Source of the DNA: Candidatus Latescibacterota bacterium
GTDB taxonomy: Bacteria; Latescibacterota; UBA2968; GCA-2709665
Length of the DNA stretch: 64,000 bases
NCBI GenBank assembly: GCA_965219455.1
Contig: OZ244744.1
Span: 2,491,587 to 2,555,586, forward strand
Reading direction: 5' to 3'
A program made the position numbers and the translations under genes. Every line of letters begins with the position of its first letter. Positions within the stretch are counted from its first letter, which is position 1. Positions 62,147-64,000 of the stretch are shown piece after piece. The notes under the pieces were generated by a model. That model was given only the letters and a program-made list of their open reading frames with translations. It had not been told where the DNA came from and did not search any database.

Positions 62147-63391
62147 ATGCGGTGGTTTCTGATGGTTCTGTTTCTTGCAACCGATGCATTGGCGAATCAG
62201 GCGGTACTTACGACAACGGATTACAGCAGCGGTGGCCTTTCAAGCCTGGATCTTGGCACAAATACGGCAACCAACGATCACCTCACGATCCATTCGGATG
62301 CGGTTGTGCGCACGTATCGCGACAAGGTGTATATTCTCAATCGCCTGCCGCAGGATAATGTGATCGTGTTGGATCGTAGCGATCTAATGACGCCAATTAC
62401 GCAGTATTCGACGGGGAATGGTTCGAACCCGCACGATATCGCCTTTGTCAGCGAGGCAAAGGCGTATATCTCACTGTTCGAGCGGTCACAACTGCTCATT
62501 GTCAATCCCGTCACGGGCGACTCGCTCGGCTCGGTCGATCTATCCACATTCGCAGATGCCGATGGCCTGCCGGAAGTCTCTCAGCTGGCCTTATACGGGA
62601 GTCATTTATTCGCCGCGTGTCAACGGTTGGATAGGGAAAATGGATGGGCGCCGACCGAATTTTCTTCCATTGCCGTTGTTGACGTGACGACCGATCTATT
62701 GGTGGACGCGGATTCAGATACAGAGGGTGTACAGGGCATTGTGATGGGGGGCAAGAATCCCTACAGCGCCTTCCAGCGAGGAAGCAGGTGGGTTTTGAGT
62801 ACTTATAATATGTACACAGATTTAACTGACGGCGGAATTGAGGTGATCGATCTGGAAAATCTGGTGAGCGAAGGGATTAAAATTGATGAAGTAGCAGCAG
62901 GCGGCAACATATGGGCGCTGGCGATGGTTTCTGACGTCGAAGGGTATGTCGTGGTTACCGACGAGAATTTCGTCAATATCGTCAACCGGTTCAATCTGAC
63001 GACTCGGTCCGTATTAAAGAGACTGGACGGTCTTTCCGGTGGGGAAGTTCCAAGCCTGGGTATATTCGGCGAGCGACTATATTTATCGGACCGAGGCAGT
63101 TTCAGCGATCCGGCTTCCGCCGGCGTGAAGGTCTACGACGTAAATACGGAGGAACTTCTGGCCGGTCCGATCTCCACCGGTTTGCCGCCGTCAAGCATTG
63201 CGTTTGTAGGCAGCGCGGCGGATTTCAATGGCGATTGCGTGGTGGATTTCAGCGATTTCGTGGTATTTGCTTCCGGCTTTGGCAGGACAGCCGGCGACGG
63301 CGAGTTTGATGCCAGATTCGATTTGAACGGCAATGGAGAGGTTGATTTTCCCGATTTTCTGATCTTTGCTTCGGAATTCGGAGGTGGATGA
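62147..63391 (+). CDS. Secreted beta-propeller (YncE-like) protein with a C-terminal dockerin module
   Basis: Signal MRWFLMVLFLATDALA. Repeated ...SNPHDIAF...LIVNPVTGD... blades. The C-terminus is DFNGDCVVDFSDFVVFASGFG...DLNGNGEVDFPDFLIFASEFG. Confidence 0.65.
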   Translation: MRWFLMVLFLATDALANQAVLTTTDYSSGGLSSLDLGTNTATNDHLTIHSDAVVRTYRDKVYILNRLPQDNVIVLDRSDLMTPITQYSTGNGSNPHDIAFVSEAKAYISLFERSQLLIVNPVTGDSLGSVDLSTFADADGLPEVSQLALYGSHLFAACQRLDRENGWAPTEFSSIAVVDVTTDLLVDADSDTEGVQGIVMGGKNPYSAFQRGSRWVLSTYNMYTDLTDGGIEVIDLENLVSEGIKIDEVAAGGNIWALAMVSDVEGYVVVTDENFVNIVNRFNLTTRSVLKRLDGLSGGEVPSLGIFGERLYLSDRGSFSDPASAGVKVYDVNTEELLAGPISTGLPPSSIAFVGSAADFNGDCVVDFSDFVVFASGFGRTAGDGEFDARFDLNGNGEVDFPDFLIFASEFGGG

Positions 63392-63955
63392 GCACGCGCG
63401 AAGACTGGTTCCCGCAGGAACTCAATGCCGGAAAAGAATCCCGTTCGCGGCGCATAGAATTGATTGAACTTGCTTGTTCCTGGTCATTGAGCTTGTCGAA
63501 ATGTGGACGCTGAGCTTGTCGAAGCACCCGCTATTCGTTACCCGCCAGGTGGAATCTTCCCCACCCCCAAACGTCCCCTATTCCCTTGCCCTTTTTCTTG
63601 CTTCGCCCAAGAAAAAGGGCGAAAAAGAAGGGCGCCGCTCGGCGCCTGTCTGCGTGCGTGAGACAGCACGCACAGGCAGGCGGGGCCGGTTTTTCCGTGA
63701 ATCACTTCAGGGGTGGAAATGGGAATTGGGTGGCCTACGGGCTCCTTAACTGTACCAATACAACTGTGCTGGTCGGATAAACACGGAGAACCTGCCTCCG
63801 CCCGCGAAGCGGGTGACCTGTTGTACCGCGGTTTTGCGGGACAACAGGGGACGCGTGGTTCTGGCGTCCGAGGCTGCTGGTGAGCGGCTCGTTTCATGCC
63901 GCGAACAAACCCCCCGCACCACCAGGCGCGTGATTGCACAAGGCCTGGTTTTCCA

Positions 63956-63994
63956 CCCCCTTTCCTTTAGGAGAGGGGGCCGGGGGAGAGGTCC
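63956..63994. repeat. Hairpin repeat family F1, copy D
   Basis: CCCCCTTTCC-TTTA-GGAGAGGGGG-CCGGGGGAGAGGTCC. Confidence 0.85.
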
Positions 63995-64000
63995 AGGCAC

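Noticed and set aside
1-64000. Looked for tRNA, rRNA or tmRNA genes (T-loop GGTTCGAATC-type motifs, 16S/23S conserved blocks).
   Set aside because: I saw no cloverleaf-compatible sequence or rRNA signature. The few GTTCGAA-like strings, e.g. near 865, lack acceptor and anticodon stem partners.

Overview
High-GC bacterial chromosomal segment: about 63% GC on a typical line I hand-counted, up to about 75% in one gene, and about 40-47% in inserted patches. I found no rRNA, tRNA or CRISPR array. The content falls into five blocks. (1) 1.6-10.8 kb is one giant gene for a roughly 3,060-aa secreted multidomain protein: cohesin-like, dockerin, alternating cadherin/FN3 modules, an LRR array, and a C-terminal leishmanolysin-like HExxHxxGF peptidase. 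(2) 11.5-21.8 kb is a transport block: an internally deleted SulP/STAS gene, an NCS2 permease, an alpha-carbonic anhydrase, and a porin / PBP1 binding protein / HAMP-only sensor / OFA-type MFS operon. (3) 22.6-36.1 kb is a catabolic block, mostly on the minus strand: BNR sialidase-like, a beta-propeller hydrolase, CinA, a TPP enzyme, an amidohydrolase, an ABC-2 exporter, NUDIX, a PLP ACC-deaminase-family enzyme and PhyH dioxygenases. (4) 36.2-58.1 kb is a compositionally mosaic accessory region. It holds duplicated hicB and 5'-uxuA-like segments bracketing two AT-rich foreign ORFs (one HNH-like, one with an RNxxxH HEPN-like motif), ankyrin-repeat genes, an IS4/IS1380-superfamily transposase, methyltransferase/GNAT genes, several toxin-antitoxin loci whose toxins are all disrupted, and a DUF2188 / TIR-like overlapping pair. 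(5) 58.2-63.4 kb is a cobalamin riboswitch with an intrinsic terminator, followed by a BtuF-like binding protein, a TonB-dependent receptor and a dockerin-tagged beta-propeller protein. Intergenic regions carry several families of short dispersed hairpin repeats. The best candidate for an undescribed system is the AT-rich HNH-like plus HEPN-like pair inside the hicB/uxuA duplication; the DUF2188/TIR-like pair is second. All domain calls rest on my reading of motifs in the supplied translations, not on database searches.
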